Positions 7,762 to 17,036 of a stretch of DNA of 64,000 nt are shown here, piece after piece (positions within the stretch are counted from its first letter, which is position 1; each line of letters starts with the position of its first letter). The DNA comes from Bdellovibrionota bacterium. Lineage in GTDB: Bacteria; Bdellovibrionota_C; UBA2361; OMII01. Where the stretch lies: the NCBI GenBank assembly GCA_044345405.1, contig JBIJBE010000001.1, positions 64,001-128,000 of the forward strand, written 5' to 3'. The notes under the pieces were generated by a model. The model was given only the letters and a program-made list of their open reading frames with translations, was not told the origin of the DNA and did no database searches. Position numbers and translations under genes: made by a program.

Positions 7762-10062
7762 ATGTTTGACCCTGATCGTCGCGAACAAGACCCCACCAAC
7801 TCAGAGCCACGAAACCCAGCGCCCACGAGGAGCTCCGTTCTTGAGAGCCCTTCACTATTTGTGGCCTCGGTTGTTGAGGCGTTGCGTGGTAGGCGATCAG
7901 CCACGGCGCAGGTCTGTGCCGAGCATCTTTCCCGACGGGGTACGCTTACCGGCACCGAGTTTTCCGCGCTCATCGACACCTTGCCACATCCCTCCCAAAC
8001 CTCGGAGCTCGTGTGGGCATACTCTTACCTCACGCGGGAGCCGGTAACTGTGGAGCTCGGGCAGGGGCTGCCGGCGTTCCTAAAGCTCGCTCATAAGTGT
8101 CTGAACGATTCTTCTGATGATAAGGGAGTTACCGCTCGCCGCGTGGCTCGGGTCCTTGATCGAATGTTAGACGCTCGTGTCGGTTCCGCCGATATCGAGG
8201 AGGTATTTGACGTCGTTGTTGGTCATGGTGAGCGGTGCCTTCTTCAGAGCATTCTCGAGAGGGTGGATCAAGCGAGGGCTGGCTATTGGGAATGCGTAGA
8301 GCTACTCGGAGCGCTCTTCCCCGATCCTGAGTCTTTGGAAGATCTCCTGCGCGCTGTTGATCGACTGGGACCGGGCCCACACCGAAGGGAGGCGCTGATG
8401 GGGGTCCAACGAACGATAGCCGCGATCGGAGCCGCTGAGTTCGTTGCGTCCGCTGAATTCGTCGCGCAAGCTCTGGGTGAATGTCAGAGGATCGGCGATA
8501 TCGCGCTTCTGAGAGCGGCGGCCGATGGTCTTTCCTCTCACTTGGTGGGTCGCGTCGATGAGTTGATCGATCTACTTCACTCGTTTCACGAAAACCTCTC
8601 GCGATTCGCGTGCCGAATATGTGTGAGCGCCGACCGGGGCAAAGATGTGGAGCTTGACGAGGCGCTGCGACATACACTCGCGAATACACTCAAGGTCGTT
8701 CGGGTCCGCTTTGAATATGTTTCCTCTGGGGGTCGTTTTGTTGAAGAACCGCTTACAGCCCTTGGGCATATCTCGCCGCAACATTCCGACATCGAGCAGC
8801 TGGGAGCGGTGATTCAAGAACGGCTAGAGCGAGGCAAGGCGGTGAGTTCGGAGTTGGTTGGCGCCTACGCCTCGGGGCTTGCTCGTATCGAGAAGGAGGA
8901 TGGGATTGTCGCCTTACCGCCGTTGTCGGTGAAGCGATTCAAAGCTCTTGATGGTAATCCATCACAAGAGCGATTTCTCGACCGTCACCCGCGGGTTGTA
9001 ACAGGACAGGAGACTGACGATGATCTTGAATGTCTCGCGTTAGACATCTCCGACCAAACCAACTTTGAGAAAGCCCTCAAGCTGTGTCGAGAGATGGAGA
9101 ACCTTCTCGATGTACGTCTCTTAAGCAGCCGGAGAGGCGAGACCGCTACGTTGTTTTCTGACGTCGACCAAGCGCTGCGGTTCGCCCGCCATCACGCTCG
9201 GCTTGCCGCTGAGGGCCCAGCGGAGTTCGCGGCGGTATTGTTACCGGAGCTCCTGTCGGCCGTAGCGTGTGGCCGCGCGGCGCATAAGCGAGGAGGTGGA
9301 GAGACTATTGGCGAGTGCGCGGTGCTTTCGTTGGCCTCTCTCGCGAAGCTTGCCGCCCACGATACAAATATTCGTGAATTGGCATTGGCGCGGCTCTCGT
9401 CCGTCGATTGGGAGTTTCTGGGCCGTCTGCACAAAATGAATCCGAACTCGTTCTCCCGCTCCTATCCAGAGCTAGGGCTCTCAGGAATCGCCGTTCGAGC
9501 CGTGCTCGATGAGGATGTGACGTGGCAGAAGGACCTCTTGGATTGGTGGGGCACGATCGATCCTCGTGCTCGACACCGAATGGAACCCAACGGCCTCGCG
9601 TTTATCACGGTTGTTGCGGAGCGAGGGCGACCGGGAACGGTGTGGGAGCTCCTCCGCGCGCTGCCCCTCTCGTCGGGGCCCGCCTATGAGTTTTCGGATA
9701 TCGGACTCGCGCTCCTCGCGAATCCCGAGGATTCGGTCTCTCGTGTCTGTACAGACATTGTATCACCAAAAGGGGACGACCTCGGTCGAGCGTTACGTTT
9801 GGCGCAATTGATGGCGCCCCATTGCGATGAAGCTCAACGGGAACATCTTCGAGTCGCTACGAAAACGCTTTTGGATGAGATGGGTATCTTAGGAGTTGAG
9901 GCAGTCGCAACCCTTGGCGCGCTTTCTCGCACTCGAGAGGACGCGCTTCTCTTGCTGACCCGCGAGCCGGCGCTGGGTTTTGATGAGAAAGTCTATCGGA
10001 TCTCATGCGCTCGCGCGGCCGCCAAGATTCTGCGAAATATCGAACGCTCGGCTAATCGGTAA
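7762..10062 (+). CDS. Large helical hypothetical protein
   Basis: 766-aa ORF, Leu/Ala/Arg/Glu-rich, no recognisable motif. Confidence 0.7.
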   Translation: MFDPDRREQDPTNSEPRNPAPTRSSVLESPSLFVASVVEALRGRRSATAQVCAEHLSRRGTLTGTEFSALIDTLPHPSQTSELVWAYSYLTREPVTVELGQGLPAFLKLAHKCLNDSSDDKGVTARRVARVLDRMLDARVGSADIEEVFDVVVGHGERCLLQSILERVDQARAGYWECVELLGALFPDPESLEDLLRAVDRLGPGPHRREALMGVQRTIAAIGAAEFVASAEFVAQALGECQRIGDIALLRAAADGLSSHLVGRVDELIDLLHSFHENLSRFACRICVSADRGKDVELDEALRHTLANTLKVVRVRFEYVSSGGRFVEEPLTALGHISPQHSDIEQLGAVIQERLERGKAVSSELVGAYASGLARIEKEDGIVALPPLSVKRFKALDGNPSQERFLDRHPRVVTGQETDDDLECLALDISDQTNFEKALKLCREMENLLDVRLLSSRRGETATLFSDVDQALRFARHHARLAAEGPAEFAAVLLPELLSAVACGRAAHKRGGGETIGECAVLSLASLAKLAAHDTNIRELALARLSSVDWEFLGRLHKMNPNSFSRSYPELGLSGIAVRAVLDEDVTWQKDLLDWWGTIDPRARHRMEPNGLAFITVVAERGRPGTVWELLRALPLSSGPAYEFSDIGLALLANPEDSVSRVCTDIVSPKGDDLGRALRLAQLMAPHCDEAQREHLRVATKTLLDEMGILGVEAVATLGALSRTREDALLLLTREPALGFDEKVYRISCARAAAKILRNIERSANR

Positions 10063-10063
10063 T

Positions 10064-10408
10064 TTAGCGCTTCTTATCGTCAGAGGTCTCCTCGAGTGAC
10101 GCGTCGATAACCATCTTCACGGCTTGTTCGACTATCTCTCGCTGGTTCTGGGGAATGACTCCCTGCGCGGCGAGCTTGGCCGCCTCTTCGGACACGATAC
10201 TCATGAGCCTATCCCGTTGATCGAGAGTGATCCTGCCGATTGCGCCCGCGGCGCCAACACCGCTCACCGCGGTGACCCGACCAACCGCTGAGGTTGCTTT
10301 CACCTTATCGACATCTGAGACCGCCTCAGTAGATTTCACGCCCTTGGTTGAATCGGACGCTCCTACTTTGCCAACCTTTTTATCCTTGTCGTCTTTTCCC
10401 TTCGTCAT
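10064..10408 (-). CDS. Small hypothetical protein downstream of a sigma factor (FlgM-like anti-sigma candidate)
   Basis: GGAG RBS; low-complexity K/V/S/T N-terminus and helical C-terminus; co-oriented with the sigma gene. Confidence 0.7.
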   Translation of the reverse strand: MTKGKDDKDKKVGKVGASDSTKGVKSTEAVSDVDKVKATSAVGRVTAVSGVGAAGAIGRITLDQRDRLMSIVSEEAAKLAAQGVIPQNQREIVEQAVKMVIDASLEETSDDKKR

Positions 10409-10442
10409 CTCAATTCTCCGAGCTCAAGTTCTTGTGGTTGTA

Positions 10443-11264
10443 TCACGCGGTAGACGCCAGAACATCTGTAAAAGGCCCCTTACCGCTCGCTGTCTTAAAT
10501 TTCGCGACCAGTGGTTTTAAGCCCGGTCTCACCTTTGGAGCCGGGGTCGGTTTTCCTTGCGCGAGACTCTTTTGCAGATATCCCATGAGCACTTTATGTT
10601 CGCGCATGACGTTCAACCCGTCGGTCTCCCACTCGGTCGCTACGTTGCGTAGGGAGGTTCCATCCCAGTATACCTTGTAGAGAAGCCATTGGTGCACGGG
10701 CTCAAGTCCCGCCATGACCGTCACAACCCGTTTGTAATCCATGAGCTCATCGGGAGCCGGACCGGTCGCGATCGCTTCCTTGGTTACGACGAGGCTGGCT
10801 CCCATAAGGAGCTCTCTAATCGCCGCTCTCGCGTCGGCGTCGTCGTTTCCTGAAGATTCATAGATCGGGAGTTGTCCATCACGGAGCTCTGGGAAGACCC
10901 CGTACAGTTCCGCGGAGAGCTCTCGAGCCTTGACCTCAGCGGCTGGTCTGTTGGACGCGGCGCGCGCCCACCCTTTGGATTTGCGAGCGGCGTCGGTGCT
11001 CGCTTCGTGGATCCGTCGACGAGCGTACCCTTTGAACGGTATTCCACGGCTCGGATCGAATCTTCGTGAACAGAAGATCAGAGCCTCCATCGCCGCCCCG
11101 TCGAGGCCATCGAGTCTCCAGTCAAGGTTCCAGGCGCGCGCCACAGACCGGGCGATGCTCTCTGCCCATCCGTGATGCTCCACCACGAGGTTGTTCGCCT
11201 CCTCTTCCGAGAGGCGCTGTGATTCCGTTTCTGCTTTTCCCACGTGTCTCTGTAAGGGGCCCAA
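10443..11264 (-). CDS. Sigma-70 family alternative sigma factor (FliA/WhiG-like, divergent)
   Basis: Region 2 RRFDPSRGIPFKGYARRRI; region-4-like LEPVHQWLLYKVYWDGTSLRNVA; start uncertain. Confidence 0.8.
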   Translation of the reverse strand: MGPLQRHVGKAETESQRLSEEEANNLVVEHHGWAESIARSVARAWNLDWRLDGLDGAAMEALIFCSRRFDPSRGIPFKGYARRRIHEASTDAARKSKGWARAASNRPAAEVKARELSAELYGVFPELRDGQLPIYESSGNDDADARAAIRELLMGASLVVTKEAIATGPAPDELMDYKRVVTVMAGLEPVHQWLLYKVYWDGTSLRNVATEWETDGLNVMREHKVLMGYLQKSLAQGKPTPAPKVRPGLKPLVAKFKTASGKGPFTDVLASTA

Positions 11265-11291
11265 ACGGGACTCCCCACTCCCCGTAGAGAG

Positions 11292-11319
11292 GTATCGGCA
11301 CGTTCGATTCAGAGGGTTA
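11292..11319 (-). promoter_or_regulatory. Putative sigma-28-type promoter
   Basis: Minus strand TAAC-N16-GCCGATAC directly upstream of the minus-strand sigma gene. Confidence 0.45.
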
Positions 11320-11478
11320 GCTCCTTTTTGGGGCTAAAAAGGCCAATTAAACCAGAGGGTTAAAAATATCTATTTTTTCTGAAGCACGAGCCACCCTCAG
11401 GTGGATAAGGGGGTGTCTACCGCGCACTCCGGTGCCGAATCTGACGGGTTTTGGATGACTTTTAAAGGGCAAAACACC

Positions 11479-12354
11479 ATGACTGTAGCAACAGGACAAT
11501 CAGCAAAGGCCAAAGGAAAGAGCGCAGCGATCGCCGCTCGTGCCGCTAAGAAGAACGCCAAGGTGATTAAGCTCTCGGACGCTCGCAAGGCCAAAGCAGC
11601 TCCTCCAACACCGTACCAACAAGAAGCTCTTATCGTTAAGTACCGTCTCAAAGCTCGTAAGCTCGGTCGCAGCATCCTTCGTCGGTGGCATGCCCGCATG
11701 GATCTCGATGAGGTTGATTCAATCGTAGACCTCTCGTTGTGTGAGGCTGTGAAGCGATTCGATCCAGCGAAGGGCGCAAGCTTCATGACCTTCCTCTTCT
11801 ATCACCTTAAAGGTAACTTGGTTCGCGCGGTAACGACTGCCGCCGCTTCCAATAGCATCCCAGTGTTCAATAGTGACGAAACGGAGACTCAGGTTGGGGA
11901 GCCTGATCACCTCTTCGGTCACCAGTTCCGAGCGATGAACTCAGCCGAGGTGGCTGATGCTGTCGCGAGTCAAGACGCGCCACTTCCAGATGAGATGTTG
12001 TGGCGTAAGGAGCTCCACAGCCAGAGCACGCTGGCGTGTGACAAGCTTGATCCACTTGAGCGAGAGATCATCAAGCGGATATTCCTTCAGGAGCAGCAGA
12101 TCATGGATATCGCCGCTACCCTCGGGTATAGCCGATGTCACATCTCGCGAGTGAAGAAGAAGGCGCTTGAGACCCTCTACAACGAACTGAGCGGATCGAT
12201 GAACGACATTGACCTCGGCAAGAAGCCGTCGTTCGATGACGATGGTGAGGAGGAGGTTAAGCTCAAGATCGTTGGTCGCCGTCCGATTCATCGACGTCGC
12301 CCACGTTCTAAAGTTAACCGCGCTGAGCGCTTCCTTACCGCGAAAGCGGCGTAA
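11479..12354 (+). CDS. Sigma-70 family alternative sigma factor (FliA/SigB/SigF-like)
   Basis: Region 2 EAVKRFDPAKGASFMTFLFYHLKG; region 4 HTH IMDIAATLGYSRCHISRVKKKAL; start uncertain (11401-11479). Confidence 0.85.
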   Translation: MTVATGQSAKAKGKSAAIAARAAKKNAKVIKLSDARKAKAAPPTPYQQEALIVKYRLKARKLGRSILRRWHARMDLDEVDSIVDLSLCEAVKRFDPAKGASFMTFLFYHLKGNLVRAVTTAAASNSIPVFNSDETETQVGEPDHLFGHQFRAMNSAEVADAVASQDAPLPDEMLWRKELHSQSTLACDKLDPLEREIIKRIFLQEQQIMDIAATLGYSRCHISRVKKKALETLYNELSGSMNDIDLGKKPSFDDDGEEEVKLKIVGRRPIHRRRPRSKVNRAERFLTAKAA

Positions 12355-12374
12355 CCTAACAACCAGTGGTGAAC

Positions 12375-12412
12375 GAGCCCTGACGGAGCGGTGAGCTTTG
12401 TCGGGGCTTTTT
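12375..12412 (+). terminator. Intrinsic terminator
   Basis: GAGCCCTGACGGAGC-loop-GCTTTGTCGGGGCTT followed by a T run, just after the sigma stop codon. Confidence 0.75.
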
Positions 12413-12504
12413 CATGTGTATCGTGCACGTTAGAGTTCGCCAGGGAGCATGGTTGAGTAAGGGACCCATAGGCGGGTAGACTCGTGAGGTGAGGTATCCC
12501 CCTT

Positions 12505-12807
12505 ATGATGTCACTCATTCAAAAGCCCATTACACTTCCCCCGGATATGACGTTGCGGAGGGCCGCTGAGCACCTCCGAGCTAAGGCGGAGGAGATCGCG
12601 GAGCAGCGCTGCTCCGCGTCGCCCCTCATCCAGATCGGGCATGAAAGGGTCGCCAACGCCTTGGACGCGCTCGCGGGTGACTGCCTCTCCACATCTCAGT
12701 TGCCGTCATGCGAGGAGGCCCGCGCGCTGTGGGCGACAGGACAGTTGCCCCGGATAGAAGTTTCGCGGGTCGGATGTATGGTTCCGGGTCGAGAGCGGAA
12801 TAGGTAG
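12505..12807 (+). CDS. Small hypothetical protein
   Basis: 100-aa ORF with upstream GAGG, fills an intergenic gap. Confidence 0.5.
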   Translation: MMSLIQKPITLPPDMTLRRAAEHLRAKAEEIAEQRCSASPLIQIGHERVANALDALAGDCLSTSQLPSCEEARALWATGQLPRIEVSRVGCMVPGRERNR

Positions 12808-12840
12808 GGACTTCCCGCAGACTTGTGTCGCTTGGACAAC

Positions 12841-13425
12841 CTATAGTGATTCCGGTTTCTGAGAGCGGTGCTTTCTCCACGCCTCTTTAGTCAGTATCCA
12901 TTGTTCGCTGTGTTTATACTCACTCGATACGTAAGAACTTGGAACGACCCTCACCTTGACCGCCCCGAACTTCTCTTTCAGCCGTCCCGACGCGGGATTG
13001 CCGGTCGCGTTGTCTAAAAGGAGCTCTTTGAAGTCGAGGTTGTCAAAGGCGAGGTCGGTGACTGCGAAAACGGCTTCGCTCATAAGGCCCTTGCCCCAAA
13101 GATGACGCGCAAGCCAAAAGCCCCTATTTGATGGATTCCCGTCTCTCCACAGGTCGATAGCGCCAACAAGTTCTGACGGATTCTCTTTGAGCGTTATCGC
13201 CCATACCCATTTATCCCTTCCCTGATGCGGGATGACAAATGTTGTGATGTAGTTCAAAGCGCCGTCTTTAGGGTAGGGCCACGGAATTGCGCTCGTTAAG
13301 GTCTTTACGACCTCCCAATTCGCGAAATGCTTCTGATACCCTGGCGCGTCGGTTTCGACCAACTCTCTCAAGATGAGTCGTTTTGTCTCAAGGGTCGGAA
13401 CGGTGGGAGAGGGAAGTTTCGTCAT
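12841..13425 (-). CDS. GNAT family N-acetyltransferase (RimJ/RimL-like)
   Basis: PTLETKRLILREL, GFWLARHLWGKGLMSEA, NPASGRLKEKFG; start set at MTKLP. Confidence 0.85.
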   Translation of the reverse strand: MTKLPSPTVPTLETKRLILRELVETDAPGYQKHFANWEVVKTLTSAIPWPYPKDGALNYITTFVIPHQGRDKWVWAITLKENPSELVGAIDLWRDGNPSNRGFWLARHLWGKGLMSEAVFAVTDLAFDNLDFKELLLDNATGNPASGRLKEKFGAVKVRVVPSSYVSSEYKHSEQWILTKEAWRKHRSQKPESL

Positions 13426-13546
13426 GGTTTGATTGCCCTGAGCTCGGTCAAACATCGGGGCATTGTAGCACGGTGCAGGGATGGTGAGTTGGGGATTGAT
13501 GGTATTTTCTGAATCCAATTCTAACGAGGAGTGTGTCTCTGCCTGG

Positions 13547-14749
13547 CTATCTTTTCGCCTCATCGAATCGAGCCGCATAGCCCTCAAACGAAGCTATTGA
13601 AGCCTCATTTCTATCCTCACAGAACCCAAGCAGCGTTGTTCTCAGACACGGCGCGCTAATCACAGGGTCGTACCCACCTTCGAGGACTCCGCAGAGCCCA
13701 GCATTCGGAAGCGCGTGGCGCACTCCCTTGATTAACGTATAGAACGCGTCGGGGGTCATGCCGAGCCCGCCCAGGGGATCGCCGACAGCGGAATCTAGTC
13801 CAACCGACCAAATTATAAGGTCAGGCTCAAACTCGATAAGTCGGGGGAGCGCCTCGTTGATGAATCGGGTGATGAGGGTGTCCGCGTTTTGAAATCCTTC
13901 GTGCTCAAGGCGAATGATGTTCGGAGCGTCAACCACCGGGTGCGCGGAAGCGCCGATAGAGGCGTCGTCACGGGTGTAGGGGTATTCCTTGCCCGCTCCC
14001 GCATACTGTCCTGTTGCCGGATTGTGCGTTCCGTCCGTGTATCGCCTCGTTCCCTCATCGTATGAGGATCGATACACCTGATCGATGAAGAGGATCTCAG
14101 ATTGGTTCGCGAGTGTTGAAGCGCTCCCGTTGCCCCGGTGGTGGTCGATGTCGATCAGTGCGACACGGTTTCGGTGGTCCACGTTTTTTGTAGTCACGTG
14201 GTCACGAGCGTAGAGCGCGGCCAGCGCCGCGGTCGAGAGGTAGCAGAATCCCATCGCGTGGGTAGGTTCGGCGTGATGCCCCGGTGGCCACACGAGGGCG
14301 AACGCTGTGGCGTCTCTGTTGGTGAGCACAGTGTCAACGGCATCGAGCGCTGTGCCGACGGAGCTGATTGCGGCTTCGTAGGTGCCGGGGCTAGCGTCAG
14401 CCTCTTTACCAAAGGGCGCGATGGCGGTTTCGCCTCTCTCAACTCTGGCTCGCGCGGCCAGCGAAGCCGCCCGAAGCTCCTCAAGATATCCTTCGGAGTG
14501 TCCTCGCAGCAGAAGTGAACGGTCTGCGGTTCGATGAGATGTTGAGATCGAGAGCGTTGATGGCGGGCGAGAGCTCTCAAGGCTTCGCGCGAGCTCTCGG
14601 GTGGTGGCGAGAAGCGCCGATGTTTTTCCGGGTCGGTCGTACCGAATCGTTGGGTCTTCTCGGTCGCATGTTCCTAGATGGCCGTAGCGGCGATTCTCCT
14701 CGGTGTCGCTCCAGATGTGATCGTTCGTGAAGATGTAGAGTTTGCGCAT
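13547..14749 (-). CDS. Histone deacetylase family Zn-dependent amidohydrolase
   Basis: PPGHHA..AMGFC, DIDHHRGNG, GLDSAVGDPLG, LEGGY motifs. Confidence 0.9.
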   Translation of the reverse strand: MRKLYIFTNDHIWSDTEENRRYGHLGTCDREDPTIRYDRPGKTSALLATTRELARSLESSRPPSTLSISTSHRTADRSLLLRGHSEGYLEELRAASLAARARVERGETAIAPFGKEADASPGTYEAAISSVGTALDAVDTVLTNRDATAFALVWPPGHHAEPTHAMGFCYLSTAALAALYARDHVTTKNVDHRNRVALIDIDHHRGNGSASTLANQSEILFIDQVYRSSYDEGTRRYTDGTHNPATGQYAGAGKEYPYTRDDASIGASAHPVVDAPNIIRLEHEGFQNADTLITRFINEALPRLIEFEPDLIIWSVGLDSAVGDPLGGLGMTPDAFYTLIKGVRHALPNAGLCGVLEGGYDPVISAPCLRTTLLGFCEDRNEASIASFEGYAARFDEAKR

Positions 14750-14882
14750 AGGTTTTTCCTGAATCCTAGCAAGAGGGGCGCCGTGTATTCAAGGAATGTG
14801 TGAAGGGGAGAGTCTCGGCTACCCCTGGTGGGCTCCCGAGGTTCTTGGTAGCGTGTCGAGGGTGTATCGCTTGAAGGTTGCT

Positions 14883-15149
14883 ATGATATCCAAAAAGAGT
14901 ATCGTTTCCACGCTCGCTATTCTCTGCCTCTCCACACCTCATGTTGTCCGCGCCGATATCGATCCAGATACGTTGGCGACCCTAAAAACTCGCTTCGCCG
15001 CGGCTGACAAAAACGGAGACGGCAAGCTGACCCGTGAAGAGTGTCAGGCCGGTATGCCCCGCATCTACAGAGGCTTCGACAAGATCGACGCCGACAACAA
15101 GGGCTACATAACCCTCGACCAGATAATTACCTTCGTCGCCAATCGATAG
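14883..15149 (+). CDS. Secreted EF-hand calcium-binding protein
   Basis: Signal peptide; two EF-hand loops DKNGDGKLTREE and DADNKGYITLDQ. Confidence 0.85.
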   Translation: MISKKSIVSTLAILCLSTPHVVRADIDPDTLATLKTRFAAADKNGDGKLTREECQAGMPRIYRGFDKIDADNKGYITLDQIITFVANR

Positions 15150-15196
15150 CCTGTACCATACCGGTGGACGTCTGTGCGGGCGGCGTAAACCGCTCT

Positions 15197-16678
15197 TTAG
15201 GAGAGATGCGGGTTCTTGGTGATGCCACCCTTGTGGAACGCGAGAAGATGGTCCGCGCTGATCTGCTCTTCGTCTCTAAAGTGAGTCCAGCTTACCGCAA
15301 GGTTCTCAGCGGAAAGTCCTGATACTCTGGCGGCCTCAGCGATCCAAACCCCCTCTCGTGGTTCGTGCGCGAACTGCTCTTGGTTAAACACGAGGATCGG
15401 CTCAGCGTTAGGGTCGTTCTTGTTGATGACGTAGAACTTCGCGTCGACAGCGAGGATCGTCCTGTCGATGTCGTTGAATACCACTGACGGAGAGGCGCCC
15501 ATAAGGAGTGGCTTATTCTCCTGGAATATCGCTCGAAGCGTATCAATGGACGGCCCGATCTCGAGAGTTCTTCCGTCGTAGACACGAATGGTGTCGGGCA
15601 TCCACCGTTTGTCGGCGATAAGATCGGCGATGAGCTTGTCTCGATCCTGATAGAGCCCGGTCTGGCGAGTATACTCAGAGAGCAGGGTATCGATCAGGGA
15701 GCTCCAGAAAGAGAGGTCTCCTGTACGGGCGACTTTGTTCGTGGCGAACTCCGCCTCGGTAAGGGTATCCGCTTTCGCGTTGAGGAGGGTCTCCATCTGG
15801 GGTGTACGGTAGACCCAGCCGATCTTGTCGAAGACATGCGTGATGACCCCGCGAACAAGACACCGCAGAACCTCTTTAAGGTTCTTGTCCTCATCGTCGA
15901 TGAAGTGAATCTGATCGAATGGTTTGCCCACCCTCATGGGAACAACGAAGCCCTCGTCGTTCTCCTTCAGGCCGCACGCGAAGTTGGTAAGTACGGCGGC
16001 TTTCCGCGAGGCTGTTCCGGAAAACCTCCCCGCCAAGCGCTTACTAAGGAGTGGATCGTTGACGTAGTACGTTAATTCCGCAATCGGTGCGTGCCCAAAG
16101 ATCTGGCTGATCGTTTCAAGTTGAGCGCGGTGTTGGTGGTCTCGCCCCTCACGGGCCGTGAGGAGTCCGTAGAAGCCCCCCGCATAGAGGTGCGCAAGGG
16201 TAAATGCCACCGCTGGGAGCTGACTTCGCAGGTCATCAAAGCATCGTTCAAGAACAAACTGGCGAATTTCCGGCTTGCGGATCTCGCGGGCTAGGAAGAG
16301 GCTCATCTGGTTTGGAGGAAAGTCGAGAAAGAACGAAGTCGCCATCTCGGCGGTAATCGGCGTGTCGCTCGGGAGGGCAAGCTTTGCGCGGAGCGCCCCA
16401 AGGAGAAGCGGGGGCTTGGTGGCGGGAGATAGCTCTGCTTGTTGTTTCAGGGCGATATCAGCGAGAAGGGTCGCTTGTCCCCGAGCTGTGAGATTGGTGA
16501 ATCGGTCCTCGCAAAACTTACTGGCGGGATCTTGTATGATGATCCGTTCATGCGCGGGCAGCGAAGCGTTGTCGAGAGGCACGGATTGATAGAGTGTTTT
16601 GACCGGCACAAGTGGCGGGTTCGCCGACGCGGCGGTTGCTTGGGCGAAAGGGAAGAAGAGCTGAGAGGGAGCCGTCAT
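15197..16678 (-). CDS. HAD-superfamily-like protein with permuted motif order
   Basis: LTAR, RKAAVL, FIDDEDKNL, then FNDIDRTIL near the C-terminus. Confidence 0.65.
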   Translation of the reverse strand: MTAPSQLFFPFAQATAASANPPLVPVKTLYQSVPLDNASLPAHERIIIQDPASKFCEDRFTNLTARGQATLLADIALKQQAELSPATKPPLLLGALRAKLALPSDTPITAEMATSFFLDFPPNQMSLFLAREIRKPEIRQFVLERCFDDLRSQLPAVAFTLAHLYAGGFYGLLTAREGRDHQHRAQLETISQIFGHAPIAELTYYVNDPLLSKRLAGRFSGTASRKAAVLTNFACGLKENDEGFVVPMRVGKPFDQIHFIDDEDKNLKEVLRCLVRGVITHVFDKIGWVYRTPQMETLLNAKADTLTEAEFATNKVARTGDLSFWSSLIDTLLSEYTRQTGLYQDRDKLIADLIADKRWMPDTIRVYDGRTLEIGPSIDTLRAIFQENKPLLMGASPSVVFNDIDRTILAVDAKFYVINKNDPNAEPILVFNQEQFAHEPREGVWIAEAARVSGLSAENLAVSWTHFRDEEQISADHLLAFHKGGITKNPHLS

Positions 16679-17036
16679 GGTCGCAAGTGTACCTGTATCG
16701 TTCGGTTGAAGTAAGTTCCTACCCCCGAACAGCAGCGACCTATCCGAGTATTCATAGACTATTTCCGACAGGTCCGGTCTGAGAGAATTTGGTTAGAGAG
16801 GGAGCGGTCTGGGGTCGGCGGAGGCTGCTCGCCTCTGGTTCTAGATTATGGGTTGGGCGGATAGTATGGTGTGTGCGCTGGGTGTTACAGAGTTGGTATG
16901 ACCGTCTTCCCTCGAATACGGCGGATAGAGAGCGTTCCCCCACGCTCGCGCCGTACTAGGAATCCACCAGGAGGTCGAACGGACCTCCTGAAGAGATGGT
17001 TTAAGGTCGAGACAAGCAGCTTAAGGGGGAGCCCTC

